64,000 nt of DNA from Piromyces finnis finn. Lineage: Eukaryota; Fungi; Neocallimastigomycota. The translations under genes and the position numbers were made by a program. Position 1 is the first letter of the stretch. Every line of letters starts with the position of its first letter. The stretch spans positions 1-64,000 of the forward strand of contig MCFH01000013.1 of assembly GCA_002104945.1 (NCBI GenBank), in the 5' to 3' direction. The notes below the pieces were generated by a model, which saw only the letters and a program-made list of their open reading frames with translations, did no database searches and had not been told where the DNA came from. Positions 60,967 to 64,000 of the stretch are shown here, in pieces.

Positions 60967-63900
60967 ATGGAAAAGTCTCCACTTACACCTATTAAAGTGG
61001 ATACAAAAGAATTTTTTAATCGCCTACAAACTACCAAGAGAGAACGTTCCCCAGGAAATACTCCCGTAAGAAAATCAAAGATGCCTAATCATTCCGGACA
61101 AGCTAATGCTTCTACGAGTAATCCTACTCAGAAGCCAACTACTAATGAGGATCTCAAGGCCCTCATTGAGTCTTTAACTGCTACCTTAACTGGGAATATC
61201 AATCAGTTAAAGGTTGATATTCAAGCTACCAGAAGGGAAAACGAAAGTCTCAATGATCGTTTGACTGTTTTGGAAAACTCTACTCAAGTTATTATGGGTA
61301 AGATGGCTACCTTAGAAGTCAACGATGCTAGGAAAGACAATCAACTCGCTGATATCAAAGCTCATATCAGCAAGGCTACTCAAAGAGTTGATGAGTTGTC
61401 TACTCCCGTTACTCCTTCTGCTACTACCCCTCACGAACCTGACGGTGACGTCATCATGGGAGATGCTTCGCCTCCAAACGTCGCTGAAAAAATGCTTTCT
61501 TACTCAGGAGAAAGTATTCAATTACGTAGATTCATCCGTCGATGCGAACACCACTTCTTAAGACACATCAAGTTCTATGGAAACAATGAAGCTATGAAAG
61601 TAAACTTCATTGAAGATTGTCTTACTGGTGATGCTGCAGATTGGTACGATGTTGAACAAGCAGACTTCCAGGAATCTCATCCGAATAGAAAAGTTCTTTA
61701 CGAAGCTTTAAGTAAGAGATTCCTTAACCCGAAGGATATCAACATCACCAAAATCGACCTGATGAAGCTCAGACATAGTTGGGGAAAAGCTTCCGAATAC
61801 TTAGGAAAATTCTCCCAATATGTCAAATTAATTGGATGTTCCGAAGACATTCAATTAACCATCATGCTTTTCCAAGTTCGACCTACCGTGAACCACGCCT
61901 TTAGTAAATTAACTTCGGATAGACAGACGTTAGAAGAACTGAAGAATCTTCTAATCAAATATGATGCTTCCAAGGATACTTATTACGATGATACTTTGGA
62001 AAGACAAGCTAACTACAAGGACAAAGAGCCCTTAATAGCTAATTTATTAGGTATTCATGGCAGTCTTTATTCCAAGAACCCTAACAAGACTAACAATCGT
62101 AATAACAACCAAAGGAACAACAATAACAACAATCGCCCGTCTAACCAAAAAGGAAAAGGCTCCAGTAACTTGGATAGCAAGTCTAGTACCCAAAATCCCA
62201 ATAAAAGTACTAAACCTAATAATGGTACTTCATACTCCAGCTATCTCTGTGAAGTAGAAGAGCAAGATATCTTAGAGCTACCAAATCCTGATCCGGAGAA
62301 GTATCCCATCGTGAAGACTAGTGTAAAAACTTCTAAAGGATCTAGACAGGTTATCACTTCGTCTCTCTTAGATTCCGGCTCTACTACCAATGTAATCCAT
62401 ATGGATTTAGTGAAGAAACTAGGAATTAAGACCATACCAGCTGATACTGTTGTAAAGGTCATGGGAGGTAATGTCCTAATGCATTACATCACAGAAGAGT
62501 TCAACATTGTAATGAACTTATCTTCTATAGGAGGAACTCGAGAAGAAGTTCGTCAATACAAACTTCGATGCCACGTAGCTGATCAGCTTCCTTCTTCGAT
62601 TCTCCTAGGTTCTAAGTTCATGAAAACCAACTTCTTCTGTATCTTAACACAACCTGACCATTCCTTTACAGTTAAAATTGGTCCTGTTCCTTTCTCCAAC
62701 CATAATGGATCTGAGATTAAATCTCCTAACTTTAGGAATTATTTGAAGAAATCTACACCTCTTCATGAAGTTATGTTTATCACGGAACTCGAAGACTCAA
62801 ATCTAGATAAATCAACTTCCATTCCAACAGAAACAGTCTTCATAGCCGATGATCAGAATCCTGAACTAGTAGAATCTATCAACGGTATACCTTTGGAATA
62901 TGAAGATTTATATGAAGCCTTCAATGAAGAACGAGCCGATGAACTTCCTGAACATCGTGTATATGATTGTTCTATCGATTTGAAACCTAATGCTTCATTA
63001 TTTTATGGGCCAATTTATCCAACTACTCCTACTGAACGTCAATTTATTAAGGAGTATATTGAAGAAAACTTGAATAAAGGATTCATTAGAAAATCCCGAT
63101 CTCCTGCTGGACATCCAGTTCTACTCCAAGATAAGAAGGATGGTAGTCTAAGATTTTGCGTTGACTATCGCAAGCTCAACGACCAAACTATCAAGAATGC
63201 CTATCCGCTACCTTTAATCCTATCAGTCTTTGAATCAATGAAAGGTGCTAACTATTTCACTAAGTTAGACCTCAAGTCAGCTTATAATTTAATTAGGATT
63301 AAAGAAGGTGACGAGTACAAGACTGCATTCAGGACGGCATTTGGTCACTTTGAGTACTTAGTCATGCCTTTTGGACTAACTAATGCTCCTGCAGTTTTCC
63401 AAGCTTTCATTAATGATATCTTTAGTGATCAAATTAATAAGTACGTTCAAGTGTACTTGGATGATATCATTATCTACTCCAAGACCCTTGAAGAACATGT
63501 TCAACATGTTAGAAATGTTCTTCAATTAATCATTGAAAACAACTTAGTTGCGAAACTCAAAAAATGTGAGTTTCACAAAGCTGAAATCGAATTTTTGGGT
63601 CACGTAATCAGTAAGGAGGGAATCAAAACTGATCCTCACAAAATTGAAGCAGTTAAGAACTGGCCTATCCCTACTACTGTGAAAGAAGTTCAGTCCTTCT
63701 TAGGGTTATGCAATTACTACCGTCGCTTTATCTCTAACTTTTCTAAAATTGCAAAACCATTATACAATTTAACTAAGAAAGGCGTCACTTTCATATGGAC
63801 AGACGAGTGTAATAGAGCATTTAATCAACTTAAAGAATTTCTTACTTCAGCCCCAGTTTTACTTTGTCCTGATCATGATAAACCATTCATAGTTGAATGT

Positions 63901-64000
63901 GACGCAAGTGACTTTGCTATCGGGGGAGTACTTTCACAAAAAGGTGATGATGGAGACCTGCATCCAGTTTATTACTTTTCTAAAACCCTTCATGATGCAG
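60967..64000 (+). CDS. pol: Element L gag-pol polyprotein, 3'-partial (not in ORF track)
   Basis: Manual translation from ATG 60967 (MEKSPLTP...) stays open to the window end: LLDSGS, MPFGLTNAP, YLDD, CDAS. Gag shares KLRHSWGKA / KLTHEWGKA with B/C. Confidence 0.93.
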   Translation, partial: MEKSPLTPIKVDTKEFFNRLQTTKRERSPGNTPVRKSKMPNHSGQANASTSNPTQKPTTNEDLKALIESLTATLTGNINQLKVDIQATRRENESLNDRLTVLENSTQVIMGKMATLEVNDARKDNQLADIKAHISKATQRVDELSTPVTPSATTPHEPDGDVIMGDASPPNVAEKMLSYSGESIQLRRFIRRCEHHFLRHIKFYGNNEAMKVNFIEDCLTGDAADWYDVEQADFQESHPNRKVLYEALSKRFLNPKDINITKIDLMKLRHSWGKASEYLGKFSQYVKLIGCSEDIQLTIMLFQVRPTVNHAFSKLTSDRQTLEELKNLLIKYDASKDTYYDDTLERQANYKDKEPLIANLLGIHGSLYSKNPNKTNNRNNNQRNNNNNNRPSNQKGKGSSNLDSKSSTQNPNKSTKPNNGTSYSSYLCEVEEQDILELPNPDPEKYPIVKTSVKTSKGSRQVITSSLLDSGSTTNVIHMDLVKKLGIKTIPADTVVKVMGGNVLMHYITEEFNIVMNLSSIGGTREEVRQYKLRCHVADQLPSSILLGSKFMKTNFFCILTQPDHSFTVKIGPVPFSNHNGSEIKSPNFRNYLKKSTPLHEVMFITELEDSNLDKSTSIPTETVFIADDQNPELVESINGIPLEYEDLYEAFNEERADELPEHRVYDCSIDLKPNASLFYGPIYPTTPTERQFIKEYIEENLNKGFIRKSRSPAGHPVLLQDKKDGSLRFCVDYRKLNDQTIKNAYPLPLILSVFESMKGANYFTKLDLKSAYNLIRIKEGDEYKTAFRTAFGHFEYLVMPFGLTNAPAVFQAFINDIFSDQINKYVQVYLDDIIIYSKTLEEHVQHVRNVLQLIIENNLVAKLKKCEFHKAEIEFLGHVISKEGIKTDPHKIEAVKNWPIPTTVKEVQSFLGLCNYYRRFISNFSKIAKPLYNLTKKGVTFIWTDECNRAFNQLKEFLTSAPVLLCPDHDKPFIVECDASDFAIGGVLSQKGDDGDLHPVYYFSKTLHDA

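Larger units (their letters stand above)
60267..64000 (+). mobile_element. Ty3/Gypsy element L (related to B/C), extends beyond the window
   Basis: 5' LTR 60267-60885 (TGTCA...TGACA), self-complementary PBS, and a long gag-pol ORF. Confidence 0.92.

Overview
This is a very AT-rich eukaryotic window made almost entirely of stacked and nested LTR retrotransposons. I found no host gene, RNA gene or CRISPR array. The composition and the chromovirus-type elements suggest a fungus, possibly an anaerobic gut fungus (inference only). Letters are my own labels. Ty3/Gypsy elements: A (tRNA-Ala primed, no chromodomain), B and C (two copies of one family), E (intact, identical-looking LTRs, 5-bp TSD, nested in F's LTR), F, and L (runs off the window; its long ORF is missing from the ORF track). 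Ty1/Copia elements: K (present twice as a ~11.5-kb fold-back palindrome) and H (5'-truncated). There are also several solo LTRs (D, G, I, J). Main observations: (1) four distinct Gypsy families have no tRNA PBS but an exact 11-nt PBS complementary to a site inside their own LTR, i.e. Tf1-like self-priming, with a compensatory base change between related families; (2) Copia K has a PBS matching a tRNA-Lys(CUU) anticodon arm, suggesting half-tRNA priming; (3) A and F carry canonical -1 frameshift signals; (4) insertions cluster within about 10 bp of existing LTR ends, including three LTRs stacked at one 5-bp site. Scattered 1-bp indels in A, B and K look like long-read errors, and both palindromes may be artefacts.
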